Positions 19,730 to 28,833 of a stretch of 60,600 nt of DNA are shown here, one piece after another. The notes beneath the pieces were generated by a model. That model ran no database searches, was not told the DNA's origin, and worked only from the letters and a program-made list of their open reading frames with translations. Source of the stretch: a virus (lineage: Duplodnaviria > Caudoviricetes); IMG/VR virus record IMGVR_UViG_3300033402_000013, positions 1-60,600 of that record; one strand, 5' to 3'. A program made the position numbers and the translations under genes. Every line of letters starts with the position of its first letter. Within the stretch, counting starts at the first letter, position 1.

Positions 19730-20230
19730 CTAGGTCGCAGAACTAGTCATTGCTCGAACAGTGCGCAGGACCTCGTCGAGGGCAGCCTCCAGCTTCTCGA
19801 CACGTTGCTCGAGAGCTGGTTTCTTGAGCTGGAGGTCTCCTTGCATGGCGAGCACGCTCGGCAGCCTGACGAGGAAGTCTGGCGTCGTCCCGAACTCGCC
19901 GGCCACGAGCTCGATGGCCTTGGCTAGCGCGAGCTGGCATCGGATGTTCGTGTACTCGACCAGCTTCGAGAGGCCTTCTCGATCACTGATCTGAGGACCT
20001 CGAGCACGGAGCTCCAATCGCAAACTCGAGAGCCTGCCCTCCATCTTGCTGAAGGCATCTTGGTCGATGGTCGGCTGAGGTGGTGGCTTGATTGCCTGAT
20101 CGTGCTTGATGGACTCGGCAAGCTTCTCTGAGCTCATCCGAAGCTGGTCGTCAGGTGGCATCGGCGGGTTGTAGGTCACCGAGTGGCCTGGCCGAACCGT
20201 GCGTGCGTCACTTCCGTCGTGGTTGTTCAT
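19730..20230 (-). CDS. Hypothetical coiled-coil protein
   Basis: 166 aa ORF with coupled start. Confidence 0.55.
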   Translation of the reverse strand: MNNHDGSDARTVRPGHSVTYNPPMPPDDQLRMSSEKLAESIKHDQAIKPPPQPTIDQDAFSKMEGRLSSLRLELRARGPQISDREGLSKLVEYTNIRCQLALAKAIELVAGEFGTTPDFLVRLPSVLAMQGDLQLKKPALEQRVEKLEAALDEVLRTVRAMTSSAT

Positions 20231-20496
20231 CCTGCTACTCCCATGCGCATGTTGCGGATCTTATCTTCGAGCTCGAGGAACCAGATCGGGTCCGTGGTGC
20301 CAAGCGGGATGTTGCCAGCATGGCCAATGTCCTGGACTAGCCACCACGGGATCTTGCTATCAGGCACTGTGGCCAGCTCCTGGATCCGGCGCAACGTATC
20401 TGGTGAGACCATGACCAAGTACAGGGGCTTGCCGCCAACAGACCCGATGACCTTGTCAGGCGATGTCGCGTTCTCACGTTGCGCTTGAGTGATCAT
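20227..20496 (-). CDS. Hypothetical protein
   Basis: ATGA overlap with the upstream gene. Confidence 0.5.
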   Translation of the reverse strand: MITQAQRENATSPDKVIGSVGGKPLYLVMVSPDTLRRIQELATVPDSKIPWWLVQDIGHAGNIPLGTTDPIWFLELEDKIRNMRMGVAG

Positions 20497-20744
20497 TCTC
20501 TTTCTCCACGCTCTTTTGATTTGGTTGATCGCGCTTCCTCGTCTCCAGCCTTTGTATTGTCGAGGAGCGTCTTGAACTCGCGAAGGGTGATGGTCTTTCG
20601 TTCGGTGCCTGTGCCGTTGCAGACCGGACAATTGATCACCTCACCTTCTTTCTTGTACTTGCCACCTGGAAAGCGTCGCTTGCCATGGCAGTAGCCACAG
20701 ACGATCGCAACAGCAACACCGACGACTGTTACTTCTTCGCCCAT
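20493..20744 (-). CDS. Small DnaJ-type zinc-finger protein
   Basis: CGYCHG...CPVCNGTG; start uncertain. Confidence 0.55.
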   Translation of the reverse strand: MGEEVTVVGVAVAIVCGYCHGKRRFPGGKYKKEGEVINCPVCNGTGTERKTITLREFKTLLDNTKAGDEEARSTKSKERGERE

Positions 20745-21454
20745 AGCTTCGCGCAGAGAGCGTCAAGGCCTCCGGGGAAGGTCAGCACCGTCAGGTCTGA
20801 GGTCCCGCAACCTGGAGCCGAGTTCGGGTAGAGGACCTTGTCGGGCGTCTCGAGCAGCGCGTTGTATGCATCGCCACGGTACTGCCAGCCCCACAGAGCG
20901 TCCTCGGTCCAGCCGATGCGAGTGATGATCTCCTGTGGCAGCGTCGCCGTGTAGCGAGCAACCCATAACCACGAGCAGCCCATGCGGCTGGTCACGCCTT
21001 GGCTGAAGAGGAACTCGTTCCCGTACAGCATCGTCGGCATGCCTGTCTCTGTCGCGATCGTCTCAACGAACGCGCAGACACCATCGACGATCTGCTGCGC
21101 CGACGGGTTGCCATTACCATCGGCCTCGACGTCGATGATCGGCCACAGGTCGCCGAGCTGGTAGCCACCTGCTTTGTTCATCGTGCTCAGGAAAAACTTC
21201 GCCTGAGCACAACCGTCGTCAGCTACTTGGTAGTAGTGGTACGCACCGCGAATGAAATTGGTGCGGAAGTTCCTCGTCCGCGCTGTCTCGAGCGCAGCCC
21301 AGTTTTGCGCGAGCCAGTCGGGGGCACTGAACGTGAGGCCTTGGGTCGCTTTGAGGATCCCGCCTGCCCACGGGAGACCGCTTGCAGCGAGGGTGTCCCA
21401 ATCCGCTTGGCTATCCTCGGAGTACTTGTCGACGATGATCGGATCATATGTCAC
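20729..21454 (-). CDS. Endolysin, glycoside hydrolase family 25
   Basis: ILKATQG, RGAYHY, QAKFFL, PIIDVE, LWVARY and WGWQY motifs. Confidence 0.92.
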   Translation of the reverse strand: MTYDPIIVDKYSEDSQADWDTLAASGLPWAGGILKATQGLTFSAPDWLAQNWAALETARTRNFRTNFIRGAYHYYQVADDGCAQAKFFLSTMNKAGGYQLGDLWPIIDVEADGNGNPSAQQIVDGVCAFVETIATETGMPTMLYGNEFLFSQGVTSRMGCSWLWVARYTATLPQEIITRIGWTEDALWGWQYRGDAYNALLETPDKVLYPNSAPGCGTSDLTVLTFPGGLDALCAKLWAKK

Positions 21455-21463
21455 AGCCAGACC

Positions 21464-21655
21464 TTAGTTCTTTTTCTCCGGTGTTACCAGACTCATCGTC
21501 GCCACGGTGTGCATGAAGTCCTTGAGCGGGACCTCGTAGCGGTCGCAGATCTCACGGACGAAGGCAGCAAGCACAACGACCACGAGCGCAGGGTCCTCTC
21601 CAACGATGGAGAGGCTAAACTTCTCGATCAGCGCGGTGGCCTTGTCCTTACTCAT
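21464..21655 (-). CDS. Hypothetical protein
   Basis: ATGA-coupled 63 aa ORF. Confidence 0.5.
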   Translation of the reverse strand: MSKDKATALIEKFSLSIVGEDPALVVVVLAAFVREICDRYEVPLKDFMHTVATMSLVTPEKKN

Positions 21656-22251
21656 AACGCGTCTCGAATGATCGTCAGCGCGGCGTCCAAGTCGTCGTCG
21701 AACATCTCGCGCGTGATGGCCGACTGAGCTGCAACACGAATGATCTTTGCTCGCATCTGCACAGGTATCACCATCTTTCTGTGTGGGTCGATGGCGAGAC
21801 CTGCCTTGGCCATCTTTCGTCGCTGCCACTCGCCAGGGTTGCGCTTCTCACGGCGGAAGATGCCAAATCTCTCGACCATGGCTTGGTCGTCCATGAGCTT
21901 GCGCGCCATTTCGATCGCCCAATTCGGAGCACACGTTTCGTAGACGATCGCTTCCTGCCACACGTATGTTGTCTTCTTTGTCTCAGGGTCCGTCGTCCAG
22001 ACCCAGTAGAACGGACGGCCGACGGGTAGCTCCTTTGTCACGCCAGCGAGCTCGAGGACGCGGCGGTCGCGTCCAGCTGGTCGCCACTCGTGGTCGTAGC
22101 ACCAAGTCCAGGTCCGTCTGTACACGCAGAACGGTTTGCGCTTGCCGTGCTTCTCTTTGAACTTGCGCATCGGAACCATCATCCCGCACAGCTTGCACTC
22201 GATCTTCCCCGTCGGTGAGTTGCGAGTCGGAGACTTCCGTTTCTTCTTCAT
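21652..22251 (-). CDS. Hypothetical basic protein with N-terminal CxxC/H finger
   Basis: CKLC...KHG...FC; 199 aa. Confidence 0.55.
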   Translation of the reverse strand: MKKKRKSPTRNSPTGKIECKLCGMMVPMRKFKEKHGKRKPFCVYRRTWTWCYDHEWRPAGRDRRVLELAGVTKELPVGRPFYWVWTTDPETKKTTYVWQEAIVYETCAPNWAIEMARKLMDDQAMVERFGIFRREKRNPGEWQRRKMAKAGLAIDPHRKMVIPVQMRAKIIRVAAQSAITREMFDDDLDAALTIIRDAL

Positions 22252-22256
22252 GGTTC

Positions 22257-22631
22257 CTACTTGTACTCATCGATGACGATCGAAACCATTCCTGGCAGCG
22301 CGGTCTGCTCCTCGGCGACGAACTTCGAGGTGTCGTCCGGCTCACGAGCAAGTCGATGAGCAGCAATCTCTGCGATCAAGTCCTCGACGGTGGTCTTCCC
22401 TGTACCGAGCGGAGCCACCACGTCGGCTCGGACGGAGGTCAGCCGAAGCTGAAGCGTGGCCTGCTTTGGCTTGTTAGGCCCCGCTTCGCAGCTCCACTGC
22501 ACTTCGGTCACGAACGGGATCTCGTGCCGAAGCTCTCCACCATCGTACGCACGGAGGACGAGGTACAGCTTGGTCCCGTTTGGAGTCCCGTCGCTCTTGA
22601 GCTCTATCCAGCTACTACCTGATGCGGCCAT
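22257..22631 (-). CDS. Hypothetical protein
   Basis: 124 aa ORF on the coding strand. Confidence 0.55.
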   Translation of the reverse strand: MAASGSSWIELKSDGTPNGTKLYLVLRAYDGGELRHEIPFVTEVQWSCEAGPNKPKQATLQLRLTSVRADVVAPLGTGKTTVEDLIAEIAAHRLAREPDDTSKFVAEEQTALPGMVSIVIDEYK

Positions 22632-22671
22632 GTCCTAGGTCTTCCCGAACAGATTCGGGATTCCGACACAG

Positions 22672-22978
22672 CTAGCGTGTGTAGCCGCGCTGGCAGCCGA
22701 CAGTGCGTCCATCGGGCAGCGAGATCGGCACCGCCCCGCCTGTGCAGTAGATTCGACTCCTGTACTCGAGGTCGAGAGGCTGCGAGAGGTCAACCCATCC
22801 GCCACGAGGTCCCCTAGCTGGGATCTCAGGCGGAGGGTCGATGTGGCAAGCGTAGACACCGTTCGCCTGGCAACCATCGACGTACCAGCCAGGTGGGCAT
22901 CCTCCGCGCTGGTACTGACACATCGCGGACAGCAGCATCATGATGAGCGACAGTGGAAGCAGTGCGAGTTGCATCATG
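22672..22978 (-). CDS. Cys-rich secreted/lipoprotein-like protein
   Basis: Hydrophobic N-terminus LALLPLSLIMMLLSAMC followed by several Cys; start approximate. Confidence 0.45.
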
Positions 22979-22993
22979 CGCTGCATAGCACGA

Positions 22994-23683
22994 TCAGTCG
23001 CCGTAGTCGTAATCCGAGTGCACGGGGTTACCTGGGACCTCGGCACCTTTTTTGTTCTTGTGCCTGCCCTTAGTCGGGTCGAACTTGCCATCGTTGGAGA
23101 TGATGTTCTCCATGATCATGCGAAGGCGCTGGTTCTTATCGTTCGTTGCGAGCATCGGACATTTGTCTTTGTGGTAGCCACCATCGTGCTCGAAGAACTC
23201 TTCGATCAGGTCAAGCTGTTCGTTGTCGAACCACTTCTCGAGGTAATCAGCTTGGTCCTCGCGAGTGTTGCCATGATGCTCGACGTCCAGGAAATCGTTG
23301 ATCGTCATCTTGTTGTTCTTGCGCACAGCCGCAACGAACAACGAGCCGATGCCACAGACAGCACACGATGCCTGGCTGATCAGAACTCCAGCGTCGAGCT
23401 CGTCGCCGAGGTCGACGTCGCACTCTGCAAAGTACTTCGCGTTCGCTTCGTTCACGAAGTCTGCTGCCGAGTATGGAACGTCCAGGTAGGTCGAGCGTGG
23501 GTTGATCTTCTCTTCGCCGAGGAGGAGCAGCACGTCCTTGGCAATGGCCACGCGCTGAGCCTTCTTCCCCTTCTTCCAGAAAGCTTTGTTCTCCTTCTTC
23601 AGTTGCTCAATGAGCTTCCTGAACGATCCAACGAACTTGAACTTGTCGTCCTTCTTCTTTTCGATCTCGACGCTAATCTGCAT
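22994..23683 (-). CDS. Hypothetical protein
   Basis: GAAGGAG SD before MQISVEIEKK; CAVCGIG motif. Confidence 0.65.
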   Translation of the reverse strand: MQISVEIEKKKDDKFKFVGSFRKLIEQLKKENKAFWKKGKKAQRVAIAKDVLLLLGEEKINPRSTYLDVPYSAADFVNEANAKYFAECDVDLGDELDAGVLISQASCAVCGIGSLFVAAVRKNNKMTINDFLDVEHHGNTREDQADYLEKWFDNEQLDLIEEFFEHDGGYHKDKCPMLATNDKNQRLRMIMENIISNDGKFDPTKGRHKNKKGAEVPGNPVHSDYDYGD

Positions 23684-23732
23684 GGTTTCTCCTTCGCTGG
23701 AGGCCTTCCCGTTCAAGCTCAGGATTCCGACA

Positions 23733-24518
23733 TCAGCGGGCCTCGGCAAAGAGCTCGTACGTGCGAGGGAAGTATTGCTGCACGATCTCAGCAACGGAGT
23801 TCGCGTACTGTCTGATCTCCCATTGCGCTTCCTTCGCCATGCGCAGCGTCAGGAACGCGAGCCAGTTGCGCAGGTTCGCACTCGCGCGCATCCGAGAGTA
23901 GCGGCCGACAGGGAGGCACAGGCGCGCGAGCTCCTTCGGCACTCCGTCCTTGAGAGACTCTTCGTAGAGGATCTGCGCAGCAACGTAGTTGCCATGCAGC
24001 GAGGCCACGAAGTCGCTCGCGGCTTGCTCGGTGAGAGTCTGCGCGCCGGCAGCGGTCCCGGCTTGCTTGGTCAGATGCCCGCCGCCCATCATCAGCCGCT
24101 CGACGGTCGGGTAGTAGTTCAGGTCAGGTAGCGGAGCGTAGCGCGCACTCATCTCGTTGTAGCTCTGCGTGCGATGGCGATGCCACTCACGGAAGACGAA
24201 GATGGGCGCCTGCACTTCGATCACCATGCCTGCCATCTCGAAGGGCGTTGCGTGGTTGTGCTCCCAGAGATAGCGCAGCAGTCGCTCGTCACCGACCTTG
24301 TGATCGACACCGCAGTTGTGCATCCCGCGCTTGCATGGCTTCCCGGTTTGCGCGGCTGCCATGTCGTAGTTGCACGGAGTGTTGTCGCCCCAGCCCTCGA
24401 AGCCCTTCTGTGTCGACATGCGCGCAGCCTCGATGATGCGGTAGTCGCTGCCCCAGGTCTCGATCAGCTTCACGTAGCCGTGGTCGAGGATCTTGTGTTC
24501 GATACCGTTGACCGTCAT
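23733..24518 (-). CDS. thyX: Flavin-dependent thymidylate synthase
   Basis: HATPFE, APIFVFREWHRHRTQSYNEMSARY, ELARLCLP and AQWEIR motifs; ATG at 24518. Confidence 0.96.
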   Translation of the reverse strand: MTVNGIEHKILDHGYVKLIETWGSDYRIIEAARMSTQKGFEGWGDNTPCNYDMAAAQTGKPCKRGMHNCGVDHKVGDERLLRYLWEHNHATPFEMAGMVIEVQAPIFVFREWHRHRTQSYNEMSARYAPLPDLNYYPTVERLMMGGGHLTKQAGTAAGAQTLTEQAASDFVASLHGNYVAAQILYEESLKDGVPKELARLCLPVGRYSRMRASANLRNWLAFLTLRMAKEAQWEIRQYANSVAEIVQQYFPRTYELFAEAR

Positions 24519-24682
24519 CGCCAGCCCTTCTGAATCTCCACGTCGCGCATCGCTTCGGTGATGTCGCCGCGATCGAAGCTCATGTCGAAGATGAAGAGGA
24601 GCGAGATCTCCTCCATGTTCTGTTTGTCCTTCGCTCGGCCAAGCAGCTTGACCATCTGATCGTACTTCTGCTTGTCCTTCAT
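24515..24682 (-). CDS. Hypothetical protein
   Basis: Coupled 55 aa ORF. Confidence 0.45.
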   Translation of the reverse strand: MKDKQKYDQMVKLLGRAKDKQNMEEISLLFIFDMSFDRGDITEAMRDVEIQKGWR

Positions 24683-24939
24683 AGCTTGGAGATCTCCCGA
24701 TCGAGATACCACGCGGCCTTCTGAAGGTCCTCGAGGAGCTTCGCTGGATCTTTCTTGCCAGCACGCGAGATGTACTTCACCGCATTGCCGAGGTTGAAGT
24801 TGAGACCCCAGGCCTCGATCACCTTGATTGCTTCGTACGGATTGCTCTCGCCACCGTAGTGCGAAGGATGATTGATCGGGTCTTCCTTCTTCTTCGCGTG
24901 CGCGTCTTCCTTCTTTACGTAGATCCTAGGTGGTCTCAT
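24679..24939 (-). CDS. DUF3310 family protein (T7 gp1.7-like nucleotide kinase family)
   Basis: INHPSHY...FNLGNAVKYISRAGKK...EDLQKAAWYL. Confidence 0.85.
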   Translation of the reverse strand: MRPPRIYVKKEDAHAKKKEDPINHPSHYGGESNPYEAIKVIEAWGLNFNLGNAVKYISRAGKKDPAKLLEDLQKAAWYLDREISKL

Positions 24940-25106
24940 TCGCCAGCTTCCTCTTTGAGAATCCGTGCGCAGTCGGCGTGTACGTAGCGATCGAGGCCAT
25001 CGATTCTGATGACCTCGTAGGATCGTCCGCCAGCGTAGAGCTGTCGCGAGCAACGCCAACAGAACTTGTACGGCGCAGGAGGTTTGTCTGAAGTCCAACG
25101 ACCCAC
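24936..25106 (-). CDS. Small Zn-finger protein
   Basis: CWRC...HADC; start approximate. Confidence 0.45.
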   Translation of the reverse strand: MGRWTSDKPPAPYKFCWRCSRQLYAGGRSYEVIRIDGLDRYVHADCARILKEEAGE

Positions 25107-25138
25107 AGAACAGGTCTTCTCGAGCTCGCTCGGAATTC

Positions 25139-26599
25139 CTACCGGCGATTGAGATCGAGGTTCAGATGGGTCTCGACAGCTCGCATGCCGAGGCGAGCAC
25201 CTTCGCGCGCGAACCACGAGGCCATCAGTCGATCGCCAGTGTGTGCAGCTGGGTTGTAGAACAACATCTCATCGACCCACGCAGCAACCTCGGGATGCAT
25301 CTGGCCGTTGTGGTTCGGGATGCGCCACTTGCCGCCTGCCATCTCGGCTGCCATCGACTCGACACCAAACTCGGGGTGCGCCTTGTTACGTCCCGTCGTG
25401 AACGGGATCATCGGCGTGGCACCACCTTGGCGGGCAAACTGGAGGATGAAGTCCTGGGCTGCGTTGTTCTCCACGATGACGATCGATTGGTAGCGCGTGT
25501 GAGAGGCATGAATGCGTTGCACGATCTCGGGACCTGAGAACTTCCCTGTCTCGATGTTCAGTACGTATCGGTTGCCCTGCGGGTCAATCGCGATCGTGAA
25601 CAAACAGGTCAGGTCGCTCGAGTCCTTTTTCTGCACCGCGAGGTCGACACCTGTGTACGTGCGGTAGCCGGGCGGCAGGAGCTGGAGTGCCGAGGCGAGG
25701 TTGGTTCCTTCGCCCAGCCTGAGCGCGATTTCGATCCAGTCCCGTTTGAAGCGCGCGGTCGTATCGTCGCGCGCCTCGCACATCAGCTGGCGCTGCGCCT
25801 CGATCGGACCTAGCTCGCGGACTCGTTCAGCGATCCGCTCGAGGGGCCATCGCTCTGGCCATCGTGGCATCCCATTGGCATCGACGACGGGATACTTGAA
25901 AGCAGCCCAGCCCGTGCGTGCGAAGTGATGGAGGATATCCTGTGGATGGAATGCGGTTCCGACCCCACGCACTCGGCTGAGGTCTGTTAGACGGCCAGTC
26001 ACAGCGGACTGATACCAGTCGATCGTTCCTTTGCGTTGGTCCTCGGTCAATGTGTTCTCGTAGTCGAGAACGTCATCGAGGATCACTCGATCAAGACGAG
26101 CGCCCTGGATGTTGCCGTGGATGCCAGCGCACTGCACGCTCGGGTCCTTCGAGATGGTCGAGCGCTTCACGCTGAACGCGTTCGTTCCCCATGGCTCGCC
26201 AGGCATCAGGCCAGGGAAGACATCGTGCAGCTCGCTCGAGGTCTCGATGTAGCGCCGAAGAGAGTCAGCGAGCTTGGTTGCCTGGGTCTTCGTGTTCGAG
26301 AGGATCAGGCAGCGCAAGCTGGGATCGTTACCGAGCTCCCACAGTGTGCGGCCGATGGAGAGCTGCTGTGTCTTCCCGGACTCGACGTGTGCCCAGATGA
26401 GCAGGCGGCGATGCTCATCGGCCAGGCGGTGCCACGCGTAGTGGGTAGGCGCCTGCACAACCGGCTTGCCGGTGCGCTCGTCACGGAGCACGAACTCCAT
26501 GAAGACGTTCACGTCCTGACGAGCAAGACGTGCCATGAGCGCGCGGCGCGCTCGCGTACGAGTGATGAGCTTCGATCGAGTCTGCGGTTGGACCTGCAC
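25139..26599 (-). CDS. Terminase large subunit
   Basis: Walker A-like AHVESGKT, GARLDRVILDD Walker B, nuclease GVDLA and IVENNAAQ, C-terminal HTGDRLMASW. Confidence 0.93.
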   Translation of the reverse strand: MQVQPQTRSKLITRTRARRALMARLARQDVNVFMEFVLRDERTGKPVVQAPTHYAWHRLADEHRRLLIWAHVESGKTQQLSIGRTLWELGNDPSLRCLILSNTKTQATKLADSLRRYIETSSELHDVFPGLMPGEPWGTNAFSVKRSTISKDPSVQCAGIHGNIQGARLDRVILDDVLDYENTLTEDQRKGTIDWYQSAVTGRLTDLSRVRGVGTAFHPQDILHHFARTGWAAFKYPVVDANGMPRWPERWPLERIAERVRELGPIEAQRQLMCEARDDTTARFKRDWIEIALRLGEGTNLASALQLLPPGYRTYTGVDLAVQKKDSSDLTCLFTIAIDPQGNRYVLNIETGKFSGPEIVQRIHASHTRYQSIVIVENNAAQDFILQFARQGGATPMIPFTTGRNKAHPEFGVESMAAEMAGGKWRIPNHNGQMHPEVAAWVDEMLFYNPAAHTGDRLMASWFAREGARLGMRAVETHLNLDLNRR

Positions 26600-26640
26600 G
26601 GTCCTCGATCGTAGCAGTCAGGCAGTCGCGAGGAAAGTCC

Positions 26641-27069
26641 TTAGTCGACGATCTCCCAATCGATGGTCGACGTGTCGGTACCGCTCGAGCTGTTGATCAC
26701 GAACGAGCCAGTCCCGCCTTGACCGGCCACGCGCGATGCGCTCGGCGTCGACAGATTGCCAAGCGTCCCGCTCGGCGTGTTGCGCCCGAGGAAGATCTTG
26801 CTGTTCGCGGTGATGTTCACGCCCGAGACCGTCACGGTCCCGGCCACGAGCGTCGCCGTGCCGAGCGCTGGTGCGATCGCATTCGACGGTGTGGCCGGCG
26901 ATTGCTCCAGGTTGAAGTATGAAGCAGGCACGTGCGCGAACACGGCCTGAACGTTGGCCAGCGTGTCTAGGATCGCCACGCCATAGCCAGGAGCTAGCGT
27001 GCCGCCTCCGTAGATCGCGGGAAGGGTGAGGATGCCGGGGGACAGGTTGATGAGTCGGATGCACGCCAT
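26641..27069 (-). CDS. Virion fibre-tip-like beta domain protein
   Basis: GTATLVAGTVTV...ITANSKIFL...FVINSSSGTDTSTIDW pattern common at fibre C-termini. Confidence 0.55.
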   Translation of the reverse strand: MACIRLINLSPGILTLPAIYGGGTLAPGYGVAILDTLANVQAVFAHVPASYFNLEQSPATPSNAIAPALGTATLVAGTVTVSGVNITANSKIFLGRNTPSGTLGNLSTPSASRVAGQGGTGSFVINSSSGTDTSTIDWEIVD

Positions 27070-27078
27070 GGCTGGACC

Positions 27079-27477
27079 CTACCTCGGTCCAGGGCCTTTG
27101 AGCAAGAGCTCCAATCGCGCCCGAAGCGAGATGTCATCCTCGACGATAACTTGGCGCCGAGGCAATACCTCACCGAGGTAGCTCTCCTCTGCAACGTCGT
27201 GTCGACGAATCACACCGAAGTTCGCAGCAAGTCGATCGAGCTGTGCACCAATGGCAGTGTCGAGGCCTTCACCTTGGTCGTCCTCAGTCCGTAGGTACTC
27301 GGCTGCGCACTCGACCTGGCAATGTTGGCATGTGATAGAGCTGATCAGGCCGTCGTCAGTCTTCATGCCAGCGATGGGCATTCCGCATGAGGTCTCGATG
27401 CGCGCCTGAGCGCTCTGCCCCATCCGCACCCAATGTGTGATCTTGGTACGAGTATCGTGCGCGAGCAGGAACGTCAC
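27079..27477 (-). CDS. HCCC zinc-finger paralog fused to a baseplate-wedge-like motif
   Basis: THW...TSCG...ITCQHC..AAEYLR plus LDTAIGAQLDRLA..FGVIRR..EDDISLRARL. Confidence 0.6.
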   Translation of the reverse strand: MTFLLAHDTRTKITHWVRMGQSAQARIETSCGMPIAGMKTDDGLISSITCQHCQVECAAEYLRTEDDQGEGLDTAIGAQLDRLAANFGVIRRHDVAEESYLGEVLPRRQVIVEDDISLRARLELLLKGPGPR

Positions 27478-27755
27478 AGCGCGCGGTCCGAGCGCATGTA
27501 CTCAGCTGCGTACGAGGTCTTGCAGGTGTCGCAGGTCACCTGATCGATCGTGCCCTCGCGCACGGTCATGTGCTTGATCGGCTTCTCGCAGTACGTCTGA
27601 ATCCCGTACTTCATCCGTCCACTGACGATCGCGTTGCGATGGTCGTCAGTCCACGTATGCGGCGAGATTGGTTCGGGCAGCATGTGCGTCTCGGAGATCT
27701 CACGCCGGCCAGGCGCCACTTGCACTGTGATCTCTTTTGCGATCATACGTCTCAT
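27474..27755 (-). CDS. HCCC zinc-finger paralog
   Basis: PHTW...TYCE...VTCDTC..AAEYMR. Confidence 0.6.
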   Translation of the reverse strand: MRRMIAKEITVQVAPGRREISETHMLPEPISPHTWTDDHRNAIVSGRMKYGIQTYCEKPIKHMTVREGTIDQVTCDTCKTSYAAEYMRSDRAL

Positions 27756-27756
27756 G

Positions 27757-28029
27757 TCACGTCTCTTTGCGAAAGTGGTCCACGGTGAAAGCGAGCTGGC
27801 ATTCGGGGCATGTCACTTCATCGACAGCACCTTGCTTGATCGACATGCCGTCAAGGACCTTGCCACAAAACGACTTCACGCCACCACGCTGCTGGAGCAC
27901 CTTGATGATGAAGGTCTTGGCTTCGTCAGGGTCCTTGTAGCGGAATCCGTCGGGGATCACAAGAATGTGAATCACCCGAGCGCGAGCAAAGCCGGCGATA
28001 GCGTCGCATGCAAGCAGCCGCAGGATCAT
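27757..28029 (-). CDS. HCCC zinc-finger paralog
   Basis: IHIL...SFCG...VTCPEC. Confidence 0.6.
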   Translation of the reverse strand: MILRLLACDAIAGFARARVIHILVIPDGFRYKDPDEAKTFIIKVLQQRGGVKSFCGKVLDGMSIKQGAVDEVTCPECQLAFTVDHFRKET

Positions 28030-28421
28030 AGTCGTCTCTTCAGCTCACGGATCATGCGATCGCGGAATGAAGCATCGGACTCAGTGTGCGGCAGCACATG
28101 CCGTCTGATGCCGAGTCGGTCCATGGCTACGACGTCAAGCTCCTCACCACGCAGCTCGTCAGGGTTGCGCGGCAGCTCCTCGGTGCGCAGCTTCATGGCA
28201 GCGTACTCGGTCTGGCAGCCCTCGCACGAGATCGAGTCAGGAGGCTCGTACGATGACACCATGCCGGTCGTGAGCAGGCCACATCCTGTCTTCGTCTCGA
28301 GCTCGCCACGGATCAAGCTGTGTGGCTGGACCCAATGCGTCAGCCCTGGCTTGTTGCCACGTAGCACTTCGATCGCGCACGGAACGGTTGCTTCATAGGT
28401 GCTACGTCGTCCGAAGGTCAT
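28026..28421 (-). CDS. HCCC zinc-finger paralog fused to a baseplate-wedge-like motif
   Basis: THW...TGCG...ISCEGC..AAMKLR plus LRGEELDVVA..LGIRR..ESDASFRDRM. Confidence 0.6.
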   Translation of the reverse strand: MTFGRRSTYEATVPCAIEVLRGNKPGLTHWVQPHSLIRGELETKTGCGLLTTGMVSSYEPPDSISCEGCQTEYAAMKLRTEELPRNPDELRGEELDVVAMDRLGIRRHVLPHTESDASFRDRMIRELKRRL

Positions 28422-28621
28422 GGATCAATCTCAACAGGACAGCCATTGCCGATCCGAAGACAGGTTGCAACAGCATCCGCGAGGTCTTCAAACTTCGCAG
28501 CGGCCTCGACACGCGAGTCCCAGCTTGGTCGATCCTCGATCGCTTCGGGACGAAGGTACATCGGTCGCTGGCCTCGGACAGACGTCACACTCACTTGATA
28601 CAGCACGACGATCCAGCTCAC
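28418..28621 (-). CDS. Small protein, W...A..F..L.DA family
   Basis: WDSRVEAAAKFEDLADAVATCL; similar to 36305, 36804 and 31422 ORFs. Confidence 0.55.
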   Translation of the reverse strand: MSWIVVLYQVSVTSVRGQRPMYLRPEAIEDRPSWDSRVEAAAKFEDLADAVATCLRIGNGCPVEIDP

Positions 28622-28833
28622 GCATCACCGTCATGGATGAGATGCATGCGCACGAAGTTCTCCTGGCACTCAGCGCACGAGATGTCCGTAGCCTCTCCTC
28701 GGAAGTTGATGATGAAGGCTGGCTTGCCGCACGAGGTCTTCGCCCAATGCGTCTCAGGATAGTCCGAGACCCAATGCACCGGGCCTGCTATCTCGTCAGT
28801 CCTGAACTGAACGAGCGCTACACGCTTGCTCAC
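28618..28833 (-). CDS. HCCC zinc-finger paralog
   Basis: VHW...TSCG...ISCAEC. Confidence 0.6.
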   Translation of the reverse strand: MSKRVALVQFRTDEIAGPVHWVSDYPETHWAKTSCGKPAFIINFRGEATDISCAECQENFVRMHLIHDGDA

